DNA of 63,287 nt, counting the filler, from Mustelus asterias (lineage: Eukaryota), in assembly GCF_964213995.1 (NCBI RefSeq). It is 3 parts of 3 records of this genome, joined end to end, with 100 filler letters (N's around TTAATTAATTAA, not from the genome) between each part and the next. Parts side by side here need not be neighbours in the genome. Positions count along the whole stretch, not along the records: positions 1 to 14,427 come from NW_027590154.1; 2 more parts are not named here. The stretch is one strand, 5' to 3'. The notes under the pieces were generated by a model. The model saw nothing but the letters and a program-made list of their open reading frames with translations. It had not been told where the DNA came from and ran no database searches. Position 1 is the stretch's first letter. Every line of letters starts with the position of its first letter. A program made the position numbers and the translations under genes. This document shows, one piece after another, positions 1 through 12,364 of this stretch.

Positions 1-179
1 AAGTTGATTATGATATTTGGGATCCGTATGTAAGTTCATGCAGCTTGTGTGTGGCTCGAAATAGTGCATATAATTAAACAGTGCCTATTTGAACTATTCA
101 CATCTCACAAGAAAGTTATGCAGCTTGTCTGAGACCTTGTTGGATACAATGATAATCTCCCCAACGCATCAGGAACACT

Positions 180-280
180 CTGCCGAAGCGTCATCCAGAC
201 TCGAAATGTTGGGTCCACTCTGTCTCCACAGATGCTGTCAGATCTGCTGAGATTTTCCAGCATTTTCTGTTTGTTTTCAG
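180..280 (+). mobile_element. Degenerate Penelope-type repeat end with a mutated hammerhead core
   Basis: CTGCCGA-A-GCGTC-ATCCA-GACTC-GAAA-TG-TT has the hammerhead layout, but the CUGANGA core is mutated to CUGCCGA. It is followed by the repeat-like tail CTCCACAGATGCTGTCAGATCTGCTGAG. Confidence 0.45.
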
Positions 281-1139
281 TATTTCATTCTATACAACTT
301 TGCTTTGAATAATTTATTGATATTAACATTTCTTGACATTGTATTGACCTTTTCGTCGCCAAGGATAAAAATCTGTCCCAGAATGCAGTGGGAAATTGAA
401 TGAATTCAGACTGAGGATCATGAGTCGCTACCCAGCAGTCTCTGCGCTTTAAACTCCTGATACATAACTGGTGTGATGATTTGCAAAGTGATTATATAAA
501 TTAAACTATCTTGCACCTTATATTATTTTACTGAATTTTTAAATCCCGATTCATTATTACACTGTTTTGGGAAATATTGTAACACTTGTAGTTGTCCAGT
601 GAGTTTCACAATATATCTGTTGCCACATTATTTATTTTACAGCTTGTTACCTTCACTAATTTGGGTGAGGGCATGGTGAGTAATTTGCTGCACATGTTTC
701 AAATATTACAATCCTCCCTCCTCAGCCAAATCATGTTCCCTCTTTCGATCTTGGATATGAATATTCAGCATCAGCAGAGAAATGAACCATCCGTGCCGCA
801 GGAAAATGCCCTCTTCTTTTCGTGAGGATCAGTTTGCTAACTCCCTCGAAAATCGGGTTTGATTTCACCCAGACCCTCTGGAAGTATTGAAGTTATTAGG
901 CTGACAGAAATGGAAACAAGGAACTGTTTCAATTTATGAACCAGTCAAGTACAAATATGGGAATGTGGAACAGCATCTTTCAGTACCATTTAACAATGCA
1001 TCCATCAATCCGTTCACTGATTCCTCAATCAAAATATTCAGGCATCCAACTGATATTCATATAATTCATTCAACGGTCATTCATTCCTGCATCAACACAG
1101 TCATTCATTTATTGTTTGCGCAGATGGTGACGTAATATT

Positions 1140-1460
1140 AATTGAAGTGGCCCAGTGATCCAGAGACCCAGGACAATGATGTGGGGACAGGGATTTAAAT
1201 CGGAGCATTGCAGCTGGTGGAATTTGAATTCAATTAATAAATATGGAACAGATGCTAATGGCGACCATCGGACCCTCTCTGATTCCCCAATGAGTGAAAT
1301 CTGCCATCGCTACCTGGTCTCACACGGATGTGACTCCAGATGGACAGCAAAATAGCTGACTCCTTCATATGTTCAGAAGTGGCCTAGAAAACCAGTCAGT
1401 TCAAGGGAATTTGGGAAAGACAAAAAGTGCCGGTCTTTGCAACCAAACATCCCATGGAAA
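1140..1460 (+). mobile_element. Old tRNA-derived SINE, second family in the window (possibly SacSINE1/DeuSINE-like)
   Basis: Shares GGTGGAATTTGAATTCAAT...AAATCTGCC...TGTGACTCCAGA...TTCAAGGG with copies at about 40110-40470, 54060-54390, 59030-59295 and minus-strand copies at 57490-57762/58860-58945 and 62850-63200. The family name is tentative. Confidence 0.55.
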
Positions 1461-3254
1461 GATAAAGGGAAAGAAAATACAAACATACATGTTCATGTAT
1501 CGTCTCTCTGAGACATTTCTCAGTTTGCCTGTAATTCTTTCTATCCATCTATCACAATATCCTGATGTGTTGGAAAAATCATCATTGTTGCTAACAGGGT
1601 GCCAGAGAAGCTGCATGACTTTCCTTTCATTAGAGATGGGCAAAATTCATCCAGATTTACAACTTTAAAAAAGTAAAGTGCCTGCAGTACTGTTGCTGGG
1701 TAGATTTATTTATAAACAGGCCTGATTGACAATGTGAAGGGTTTTAAGTTGGCTTGCAGCCAAGCGGTCAGTACTGAGGAAACAGATCATTGTTCTGCTG
1801 CACAAACACCCCCAGATGCTTCCTGTCAATAACTTTGAGCATTTGACAGCAGCCTGGATTGCTGCCAAATACTGTGTGGGACAGATTAGCGTGAACCTGA
1901 ATGGACAAAATGGGATTCAGCCATTTAAACAATAAATGTTTCATTCCCACAAGAAAGACACATTTTAAATCGTAATCATTCTAATCAAATATTTTCATTT
2001 AATGGCCTGTTCATTATGTGAGTAAATAGTATCGCAAAACAGTAAAGTGACCAGATGCTTTTTCATTTGTATAACTTCCAAGTAAATGCCATTCCACTAA
2101 TTAAAGTCTGTTTATTAACCACTTCATGAAATGCGAGACAGAGATGTTGATGGTCCCAATTCCCCAGTCAATTGAAATCAGTGCAATGGCATAAAATGCA
2201 TCGAAATAATATTAAGGGAACATCATAAAACTGACATGAACAGCGGGAATTCCTGGAATATTCTGAACGTTCTGTATCGCATTTAAACAGCAGCGTCTCT
2301 TGTACCTGATTAACACCCTATTCTATTGTACAGTATAATCTGATTCCTGTTATTGAAGAGTTCCAATCATAGCTGCCAATAAGTGGAGAAATGATCAGTT
2401 CATAACCTGATTCAATGGAAGATAAAACATTTATTCTTGTGATATTGTGCAATGTGCCGCAAAGCCCTGATATCTTGTGTTCGCAATACCAGCGAATGTT
2501 AGACAGCCGGTGGCCGATAGAGTGACCTGCAATGATCTGGATGCTGAAGGAGAACTTTAATGATCTCCGTGTCCGTTCCATTCATTAACTTCTCTGTCAA
2601 AAGTCGAGGTTAATTTTATGTTTCTCTGTCAACTCACTATTTAATTATCAGGAGGGCAGGATTCTTATCATTTTCAAAGGGCTGTCTTCGAGATTGGGGC
2701 AGTTTGACAAATATAAGGAGAAACATTGTATTGTGTGAGAGTTTCTTCTCATCTCCAAACCCAAATTGTACAGTGATAGCCATCCGCACTGTAAATGCAA
2801 TCACTTTGTTCATACCCCCTCATTTAGTTACAGGAATCGGTAAAAATTATTCTGATAAATGATGTTTTATTATTGTGATGTGACAGAGACCCGGAATTGT
2901 TGCAAAATAGACTGACGGTCTCTTTATTTTCCAAAAATGTTATTTCATCATTTTTAGATTTGTGTTCTTCTTGGGGGCGTGGTAATAAAATCACCATATT
3001 TACAATGGAATTAGTTATTTTAAATAAAGAAATGATGAACTGCAATATCACCATCAGAAATAATGGAGACAATACAATGAACATAATCAGCCAAACAAAT
3101 ATCCCGATACAGATAAAATGGCCATTTTAATATTAACCTATTGTAAATCTGGGACTCCATTCTGTTGCGGGTGTGGAAGGTGGGACCTGGATCCTGTCGC
3201 CGCCTCCAGCAGGGAATCAACAGGCGGCGCCTGGAAAGCCGCCCCCTTCTGGCG

Positions 3255-3268
3255 GGTATTTAAATACC
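3255..3268 (+). promoter_or_regulatory. VH promoter TATA-like box
   Basis: GGTATTTAAATACC (a perfect 14-bp palindrome) about 90 bp upstream of the leader ATG, inside a GC-rich patch. No ATGCAAAT octamer nearby, as expected for shark IgH promoters. Confidence 0.55.
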
Positions 3269-3355
3269 GCTCACTGGGACCGGAATCCTACAGTCCGGGA
3301 GCTGGTTTGTTCACTGAGTTCCTGACACAACTATTTCCCCCAATTTACCAGAAGG

Positions 3356-3401
3356 ATGAGGTCGGCGATTTCTCTCAGTTTGTTGCTGACTTTCTTATCC
3401 G
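3356..3401 (+). CDS. IGHV: IgH (IgM-type) leader exon, MRSAISLSLLLTFLS
   Basis: ATG at 3356, 46-nt hydrophobic exon, phase-1 GTGAGT donor at 3402. Matches the typical shark IgM leader pattern. Confidence 0.93.
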
Positions 3402-3525
3402 GTGAGTAGTTTTTTTTTCATTGTCCAATTCTCTCACTGTTACTGTCTCAGTGTTAGTCCATATTCCAGAGTAAAAAATCATCACACCAGGATTAATCCT
3501 CGGGTTTTTTGATCTACTTTTACAG

Positions 3526-3837
3526 GTGTCCAGACGCAGGTTGTGTTGACTCAGCCAGAGGCAGAGACCGGGCGTCCCGGAGGCTCCCTGAAACTGACCT
3601 GTAAAACCAGCGGCTTCGATCTCAGCAGCTACTACATGGGTTGGATCCGGCAGGTTCCCGGGCAGGGCCTGGAGTGGCTGGTCAGCTACTATACTTCATC
3701 CGGCAACTACGCCCCAGCAATTAAGAATCGATTTACTGCGTCCAAAGACATTTCAAAGAGCATCTTCGTTTTGGACATGAAGAGCCTGAAGACTGAAGAC
3801 ACCGCCATCTATTACTGTGCATACTACAGCAGTGGGT
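3526..3837 (+). CDS. IGHV: IgM-type VH exon fused in frame to a D1-like segment (VD join)
   Basis: TACAG acceptor ending at 3525. Translation [53 protein letters not shown]...RFTASKD...EDTAIYYCA then YYSSG. Canonical Cys-Trp-Cys present. TGTGCA runs directly into TACTACAGCAGTGGGT instead of the usual AGA(GA) V end. Confidence 0.95.
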
Positions 3838-3875
3838 CACAGTGCTGAGCATAGCGACATCCTCATACAAAAACC
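3838..3875 (+). other. Recombination signal sequence, 22-bp spacer (23-type)
   Basis: CACAGTG (3838-3844), 22-nt spacer, ACAAAAACC (3867-3875). Both motifs are perfect consensus. Confidence 0.95.
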
Positions 3876-4185
3876 TCAGAGGAAAGACTTTGCTTAAATA
3901 TGTGATCAGTGCCACTGCCGAATGCTAAACAGAATGAGGAATAGACAAAATAATAGGTAGAAGCAGCATTGTTTTTTAAAAGATATAAAATACTTCAACT
4001 TTATTGTTATTGATTTACATGCTGAATGTGCACGGAGAGTGTAAAAGTTTCTAATCCCCTTTATCAATCTCATGACCAGTAAAAATTGAAATATCTCACT
4101 GACTCACTCTTAAACGACATTGAAACAGGCTTTTGAAATAGCAGTGAAATGACCTATCTGCATTTTACAGTTAACAGTCTGCCGC

Positions 4186-4253
4186 AGTATTTGTCATGCT
4201 GTGTCTCACTGTGATAACTGGGTGGCACAACATTTACTGTCAATGCAAAAACC
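4186..4253 (+). other. IGHD: IgH D segment (D2-type, ATAACTGGGTGG at 4214-4225) flanked by 12/12 RSS
   Basis: 5' side: AGTATTTGT, 12 nt, CACTGTG. 3' side: CACAACA, 12 nt, GCAAAAACC. Confidence 0.9.
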
Positions 4254-4577
4254 CCTCAGCACTAATTGATTGAGGCTGGATCAGTGTCACTTTTAAATTC
4301 CAACTTTAATCACAATACAGTATTATTTATGTCCAGCACTGACCACATGATAAGAATGAAAATGGAAAATCTGATAATTACTCAGTTATCAGTTGGTGTT
4401 TTCAATAACATGTTCCTGTATTCCTCTGTGAAGTATAAAATATTAGGGTCAGTTATGAATGGAGAATAGTATCCAGAAATACAATTATAATTTAATGAAC
4501 ATTAATTGACTTTGCTTTTCCTCTGGTTTGTGAATATTTAAAATAATGGTGATTTTGTATCTATTTTGTGCAGGGAC

Positions 4578-4616
4578 GGTTATTGTACGACACAGCCCAG
4601 GGAATGTGACACTGTG
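4578..4616 (-). other. 23-RSS of JH
   Basis: GGTTATTGT (4578-4586), 23 nt, CACTGTG (4610-4616). Confidence 0.93.
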
Positions 4617-4664
4617 ACTACTTCGACTACTGGGGACAAGGTACCATGGTGACGGTGACTGCAG
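4617..4664 (+). CDS. IGHJ: IgH J segment YFDYWGQGTMVTVTA
   Basis: WGXG motif and GTAAGA splice donor at 4665. Confidence 0.96.
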
Positions 4665-5204
4665 GTAAGAGCAATGCACTTATTGAATAATTGGTTTACA
4701 TGTGTCTTTGTTTTATATTTTTGTCTATACTAAACATCCATTTGTTTACTTAAATGTGGGTTTGGTGGATTGAGAATTTTTACAATGTTTCCTGTGATTC
4801 TGCTGCAAAGGGGTTCTAGAATTCTGCTGTTTCTTGACAATCGGTGCTGCTGAGGGATTCAATCCCTAATTATTGTGATTTTGTGTTTATCTTTTGAGGC
4901 TACTGTGTGGCTGGGTTACTTTAAAAGCCTGACGTCTGTTAAACAATTCAGCGTTTCGGTCATGTTTAATCTCGGTGACATCTAGTGGCTGCGGGTTGTA
5001 CCATCTACTGCACAAGTGTTTGAAATCTAAGCCTATATTTTTAAAAAGTTCTAAAATGTCTATATTAATCCAGTGAACATGTTCCACTCACTAGCAGTGC
5101 TGGTGATGCTAGGCAATATTTCTGCTTATTTTAAACATTAATTACTTTGGTGATGGGCGGATTGGCTGGAATTTATATTAAAAATTTCTGTCAATGTTAC
5201 ATTT

Positions 5205-6850
5205 GAATCTGTTGAAAGTGTTTGTAGAATTGAGCTGCTTCTGCAGGAAGCGGGGTTCAGCTTCTCAGTGATGCGTTTTTTCTGGTGAGGAGATTATGTA
5301 TCTGGATGACTTTAAATAAGTAAAGTTTGTGAAATAGTTGGGTGTTTCTGCATTGTTTCTGCATTGCTTAAACCCTCGGTGAGACTGAGCTGTTACACGC
5401 TTTGTGATTGAATACGAACAGTCTGCGGGTTTGCAACTGCTTGACGCATGACTACAGGCAGAAATCAGGCAGGCTTTATTCTGTTTGTATTTTTAAAATC
5501 TTAAGTGATAATTGCAGGTTCAACTAAAGTACGGTTTATGCCACTCGTTCAGAACATAGTTTGTCACTGCATTCGCAATTTGGGGTACCTGCAATGCTAA
5601 ATCTCGGAGACGTTTGATGGCTGGAGCTTTTACCATCCAAATGTTTAAATATGTTTGATACATGACCCAATATGAATTAAATGTGATAAAGTTTCAATAC
5701 TAATTTGTTGGACACATTCCACCACCTCGCAATGCTATTGCTATTGTACTAGATTTCTGTTCAGTTTAATAGTTGGTTAAGAGCTCGTTTGCTAGATTCG
5801 ACATTGAGATTTTCTTGCAATGTTCTGTTGAATGGATAATTGAGCTGCTTCTCCGTGAAATGGATTCATTCCCTCATGGATGTGTTTTCGTGTGTTTCTG
5901 TTGAGGAGACTCTGGTTCGGCCACTATGAATGTTTAAAATTTGTGAAATGGTTTGGTGTTTCGGCATTATTTCTGCATTGTTTTAGCTCGGTGGCACTGA
6001 GTGGTTAGACGTTTTCTGGTTGAATGCAAACAATCTTTGAGTTTGAAAATCCTTGGAGGGAGAAAACGAGCAGGTTTTGGAAAGAAACTAAAATAAAGAT
6101 ATCACAGCATTTTTATAAATGTTAACTAATGCTGACAAATTAAAGTAACCTTTCGACTTTTATCGAAAAATCATGACTTACAATGCTCATTCGGAAACTA
6201 AGTCGTTGCTGCAAACACAAACTTCTCATTAACAAGTTTAATTGCAAAGTTAATATAAACCAAACAATTATTAATCGGTAATATAACTCCATATTCACCT
6301 AAGATTATTTTATATTAATATAATTTAGCATTAATCCCCTTTAATAGTTCTGTTGTGCTTTTCACTAACATGACCAGAAAATTTTCCAGACTGGAAATAT
6401 TTATTGATAATTCCAGAAATGACTTCAATGATAACATGCTGTTTCCACCGCAGCGCTCAATTCAACAAGATACTTTGCATTAATCGTTATATCCCAGATT
6501 AGTTCGCATTCACTGGAATACGTGTTTTGCACAATAAGACGTTTCTTTTTGGCAATTTTGGTATCCGATTTTTACATTTTTTTTCAGTGAAGTCGCAACC
6601 AGATTATTTCTTCCAACTAATTTGTCATTGGATACCGAGATAATTAATTACTAATCTCATCTAAAAAATTGTGAAATGGTTTGGTGTTTCTCAATTGTTT
6701 TTGTATTGTTTCAACTCATTAATACTGAGCAGTTACACGTTTTCTGGCTAAATGAAAATTCTTGTCGGGATAAAGCAAACAGGTTTCGGAAAATTAAAAT
6801 AAATATATGTTAGGGCATTTTATTCATGTTAACTGATGCTTACATATTAA
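5205..6850 (+). repeat. Three degenerate direct repeats in the JH downstream intron (about 5205-5440, 5823-6150, 6665-6850)
   Basis: Recurring AATTGAGCTGCTTCT (first two copies), TTGTGAAAT(A/G)GTT(G/T)GGTGTTTC and ACTGAG..GTTA.ACG anchors. Confidence 0.75.
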
Positions 6851-6869
6851 TATACATCATGAATTACAT

Positions 6870-8450
6870 ACTGTGTCACTGTATCTCTCTCAGGGACATT
6901 ACACTACCCTGAATCTGTTATATTTGAGGTGCTCTTTTTCGGAAAAAATACATTTTTGCCCAGTTTTCGGGATTTGAGACAGACAGGGAGAGATAGTTAA
7001 AAGACGATGGGAGTTTTGAAAGGAACGTCAGGTTAATTTAAAATTTTTCATTTTTGTTGTTGTTGTAATTTTACCTTTGATCAATTAGATTCAAACAGTT
7101 TGAATACATTTGACAGCGTGAACAGAGTTTTCTGACAGGTGGAATTCGCTGACACTCAAGCAATTGTTCACATAATTGTGTTTAAATTGTAGTAAAGTGT
7201 CAACAGAAACTGGCTAGAAATTGACAAGTAAATACTTGAAATTCAAAAAGATTAATTTATATAAAAATATTATAATATCATAAATATTATAAAGATAATA
7301 TTAGCTCTGCACTTAATAATAGCATAATGTCTCCCATTACTGCTGAACTCAGGCTAGAATTATGGGACGAATAAATGACAGAATAGAAGAATTGATTCTA
7401 TCTGAACCTGATGTTTAATTCTTATTAAATATTATAATGAAGAAAAAGTCTGGACTTATATTCTGCACCATGTTTTAGTGTTAGAGGAGATTTGAATCAA
7501 TTGTCCTCTTTGTGTTTGCACTGTTTAATTCAGATCTTCTTTAATTAAACAATATGTTCACTAATTAAGTTATATGGATGGTCTAAATTACTAAATCGAG
7601 GAAGCAGTATTATTGATTTCAAACTGCCAGTCCGTTACAGTCTATACAAATTCAGAAGTACGCATTTTTAACACGTTTCTCTGTTACAATAAGACATTGG
7701 TAGTAAACGTGAAAAGTAAAATATTACAATGTGATTAGATTTAAGTAAATGAATGACAGATGTCTGAATGTTTTCATTCAGTAATTTGAAATTATTGTTT
7801 AACATTGTCTAAGACTTAATTGTAACCTAATTATTTAACAATGTTAAAGGCAGAAGCACGTTTTGAATGATTGAAAACTCATTTTATTAGAGCGCAAATC
7901 AGCTGACAGGAGAATTAACTGACAATTAACAATAACTTAAAATATAATATTGATGCTGATTAATTTAAAACAAAAGAACCTGAATACTGTACAGGCGTGC
8001 AAAATACAATTAGTTTTAGAGAATATTTAATTGTATCGAAAATGAATTCAGAAACAAAACATTTCTTTACTCAGCTATGCTCAGCTCGATAAAGTGTTTT
8101 GCCTTGCTTATTTTGTTCACTCTATTTAATTAAGAAATTAACTCGAATCAGATAATGATTTTCAATGTAAATGTTTCCCGATTTGTTTAATTCTGACTGT
8201 GTCACTGCATCTCTGTTAGGGACATTGAACTGTCCTGAACCTGTTATTTTTGATGGCTCATTTTCAGCAAAATTACATTTTTACATAGTTTTCGAGAAGT
8301 GAGACAGAGAAATAATTAAAAGTCGAAAGGAGTTCTGAAATGAATATCAGTTTAATTTAAAATAGGTTATTGATTTTCTGTTGTTGTAAGTTGACCATTG
8401 ATCAATTAGAATCCAACAATTTGAATGAAATTGACAGATTGAACAGATCT
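6870..8450 (+). repeat. Second degenerate direct repeat pair (about 6870-7130 and 8196-8450)
   Basis: ACTGTGTCACTG.ATCTCT...AGGGACATT...TGAGACAGA...GATCAATTAGA.TC.AACA.TTTGAAT appears twice. Confidence 0.75.
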
Positions 8451-8959
8451 ATCTGCTGGGCACTCGATTGTTGCACCGTTTATGTCTGTTCTGTTTCTGT
8501 GCGCGTGGTCACTGTGTTGGCACCAAGAATCTGCCTGACTGGTTATAAACCTTTTGGTTCCTTCCCCTGTATTTCAGGGAGTGAAAATTGATTTATTTCT
8601 TCAATAAACTTGTACCTGTGAGAAACGTGACAGGTTGACTTGATGTTTGACTCGGCGTCTCAGAAATGAGATCCCTGAAGCACATTGTGACAGTCAGAGA
8701 GAGCAGAAACGTCAGGCTGTAGAAAGAGATTTGGTTGATTTTTAACCAGTGATATACCGGCTTTGGGAACTTTGGATGAGCAAATGCAAAGGGAGGTTTA
8801 CTGTATTGTATTCTATACTATAGCAGTCCCTGACCTGTTTAGTAGAACAGTTGCAGGGTCAAATTCGTTTGCATCTTATTCTTAATTTCTAAAGGCAATT
8901 TAGAGTCGCTTGCAAAGCAAGAATTTTAAATATGTCCCTACATAATTGTTCCTTGGGAA

Positions 8960-9350
8960 AGAATTGATATTAAGTATCCTTGAATAACTGCAGTGCATAT
9001 GCTGCAGGCATCCGCCGTGCTGTTAGGCAGGATGTTCCAGGATTTTGACCCAGCGACTGTGAAGGAACTGAGATATTGTTTCAAGTCAAGATGGTGTGTG
9101 TCTTGTAGGGGAGCTTGCAGGTGGTAGTGTTCATGTGTGGCTGCTGCCCTTGTCCTGTTAGGATGTAAAGGCAGCGGGTTTGGGCAGTGTTTTCTCTGGA
9201 GTCTTGGTGAGTTGCTGCAGTGCATCTTGTATAAAATACACACTGCTGTCACTGCTTGTTAGTGATAGAGAGAGTGAATAGGGTGAATGAGGGGGCGGGT
9301 AATCTTGTGGGTGGCTTTGTCCTGGATTGTGTCAAATTTCTTGAGTTTTT
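8960..9350 (-). mobile_element. Decayed LINE 3' fragment (CR1/L2 group)
   Basis: Minus-strand translation contains SSFTVAGSKSWNILPNS, similar to the LINE ORF2 C-terminal WNxLP motif. Confidence 0.5.
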
Positions 9351-9544
9351 ACAAGTTTCGCTCATTGAGGAAAGAGGAAATTATTCAATTGTGACTGACT
9401 TGTGAAAGATTTAAATGTTTTTCCAACCCTTGGCCTGAGGTCCGTATTGTGCTCACTTGTCACTCCCATTTACTGTGTGAGTGGGTGAGTGTGTATGTGA
9501 AGTGAGGGTGTTTTTCCAGTCTGAATCAGCCAGATAGAGACTTG

Positions 9545-11440
9545 CACACATCACACACTCTCACACACATAAATACACACATACACATTCTCATAGTCTC
9601 TCACACATGCCCACATACATATTCACACTTACTTTCTCTCTCATCCGATCTCTCTCACACGCCCATACACATTCTCTCTCTCACATAAACTCTCTCAAAT
9701 ACAAATACATACATACTCTCGCTCTCTCAATCAGTCTCTCATACCACCATACACAAAAGCACTCACACGCACACCCCCGACACACATTCTCTCTTACGCA
9801 CAGCCACACACTCTCACATAAGCACAGTCTCACACTCTCGCATACGCACTCTCACATGCATTCTCTCTCCCACACTCTGTCACACACGCTCAAGCTGTCT
9901 CACATTTATTCACACACGCTCTCACAATTCCTCTTGCACACACGCATCTCTCTCTCTCTCTCAAGCACACGCATATATTTCTATATCTCTTGCACACACT
10001 ATCTCACACCTGTACATTCTTGCTCTCACACACTGGCTCTCTCACAAACACTCTCTCACAAGCAAAGACTCACGCACGCACTCTAACACACACTCTTCCG
10101 CACAGACACAGTCTCTCACATAAGCACAGTCTCGCGCACACATTTTCCCTCACACACACACACATGCACTATCCCTCTCACATTCCCTCTTCCGTGCTCT
10201 CACTCCATCTCACACTCATTTGCATGCTCGCTCTCTCTCTCATACGGACACTTGCACACGCATTCTCTCACACAGGCACATTTTTCTCTCTCTTTCACAC
10301 GCTCACTCCCTTACACATTGTCTCACACACGCACAATCTCGCTCTCAAACTCTGTATCTCACAAACACCCTCTCTCTCTCACACGCACACAGTCTCTCCG
10401 TCTCTCACACATGAACACACATGTATACACAATGTATCTCTCTTAAACACGCCACTTATCACAGACACATGTTCTCGCAACCGTTATTTCACTCACACAC
10501 ACTCACGCATCCACTCTGTCTAATGTTCACAGTTTTTCTCACTCACACACACTCTCCCCGCCCCTCCACGCACGCACACGCACACACATATACTTTGAAG
10601 AACAGAAAAATACTCTCACACACATAAAAAATAACTCTTGAAACACACACTGTCTCTCGCACACACGCATTCTCTATCTCACATATCCTTTCTCTCACGC
10701 GCACTCTCTCCTCTTGTACACACAGACCACTTTCTCAAACACGTGCAAAACACTCATGTGTCTGACACTCTAACACACATAAACCATACACAACGTCTCT
10801 CTCGCACAAAAATTCTCTCTCTCTGTCTCACATACGCACACACACACACACACACACAGACACACAGACACACGCACACACACACACACACTCAAACACA
10901 TTGCTTCTATCACCCACACACATTGCGCATATCTTTCTCACTCACACACAATCCCATGCACACTTTCACACACTCATGAACATATTAATTTGCTTTCCAA
11001 TAGGCACTCCCTCTCACACACACTGTCTTTCACATGAACACAACACTCTCTCCCACACACACACACACACCCTCCCTCAAGCACACACACTATCTTTCAT
11101 AGATACCGTGTATCTCATATAGACACACTCCTTTTCACATAAACACACACTCAATCACACACCGAAGTACTCTCTCACACAGACTGCCCACACACACTCT
11201 TTCAAGAAGAGACACACTCTCACACACCAAGAATAACTTTCCAATCACACATTCTCTCTCTCACACACGTTATCTCACACACCCTTTCTCTCACGCACAC
11301 TCTCCCCTCTTGCACACACAGCCCACTGTATCACACACGTGCAAACACAGTCTATCACACACAGGCACCCTCACACATACATCCACCCTCTCTCTCTCTC
11401 TCACACATCCAAACACCCTCACACACTTTCCATCTCACAT
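9545..11440. repeat. CA/CT-rich low-complexity microsatellite field
   Basis: Degenerate (CA)n/(CT)n tracts. The His/Thr/Ser/Leu ORFs here are compositional artefacts. Confidence 0.95.
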
Positions 11441-11474
11441 AGTCAGAGTGATTGTCCTTGACATCATAAATAGA

Positions 11475-11775
11475 AGCATAGGATCCTACAGTGCAGAAGG
11501 GGGCCATTCAGCCCATCGAGTCTGCACCAACAGCAATCCCACCAAAGCCCTATCCACATAACCACATGTATTTACCCTAACTAGTCCCTCTGACACTAAG
11601 GGGCAATTTAGCACGGCCAATCCATCGAACCCGCACATCTTTGGAATGTGGGAGGAAACAGGAGCACCCGAAGGAAACCCAAACAGACACGGGGTGAACT
11701 TGCAAACTCCACACAGACAATGAGCCAAGTCGGGAATCGAACTGTGAGGCAGCAGTGCTAATCACCGTGCCACCC
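11475..11775 (-). mobile_element. HE1/V-SINE copy
   Basis: tRNA-like head GGTGGCACGGTG..TAGCACTGCTGCCTCACAG, V-domain GTCTGTGTGGAGTTTGCA...GGGTTTCCT, CR1-like tail. Confidence 0.85.
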
Positions 11776-12364
11776 CCCGCCCCCCAACCCCCCGGTAGCA
11801 TTTGAATGAGGATGGGATCGAGGAGCCCGAGTAAAACTCAAGTCAGTAAGAATCGGCGGGAAATTCTTCTCTGTTCGGAGTCATACTTAGCACAAAGCAA
11901 GATGGTGTTGGTTGTTGGAGGTCAAACATCTAAGTTCAGATTTCACTGCAAAAGTTCGGCAGGGGATTGTCCTGGGACCAACAATCTTCTACTGCTTCAT
12001 CAAAGACATTCCATCCAACATGAGGTCAGAAGTAGAGATTTCCATGTGTTACACCGGACAGAAAGACACAATAAGTAAGAAGGGACTTGGCTGAGACCAA
12101 GGCCGCCTGGCTCCCCAATACTGGTGTAAACTTGCTGTTTGATTCCTGTGCGACCCATTCTGGTTTCGCTGTAAGCTTCCCTTCCAGCTCCCTCAGTCTG
12201 TCTATTTGTTAACTGATACGTGTTTCTTAAAGAAAGGCACCGACATTAAAGCAGCTGCCCGGTGATCTACACTGCTGCCTGACTTTACACAGCCCTGTTA
12301 CAGAAAGCTGATCAATGTAGACAATCGGGAAAAGATCGATGGAGAGGAAGAGGAGGACGTGGCC

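Noticed and set aside
3526-3837. Assignment of the VH as IgNAR, NAR-TCR or IgW V
   Set aside because: Leader, frameworks, full CDR2 region and the D and J layout fit shark IgM VH best, although a phylogenetic test was not possible here.
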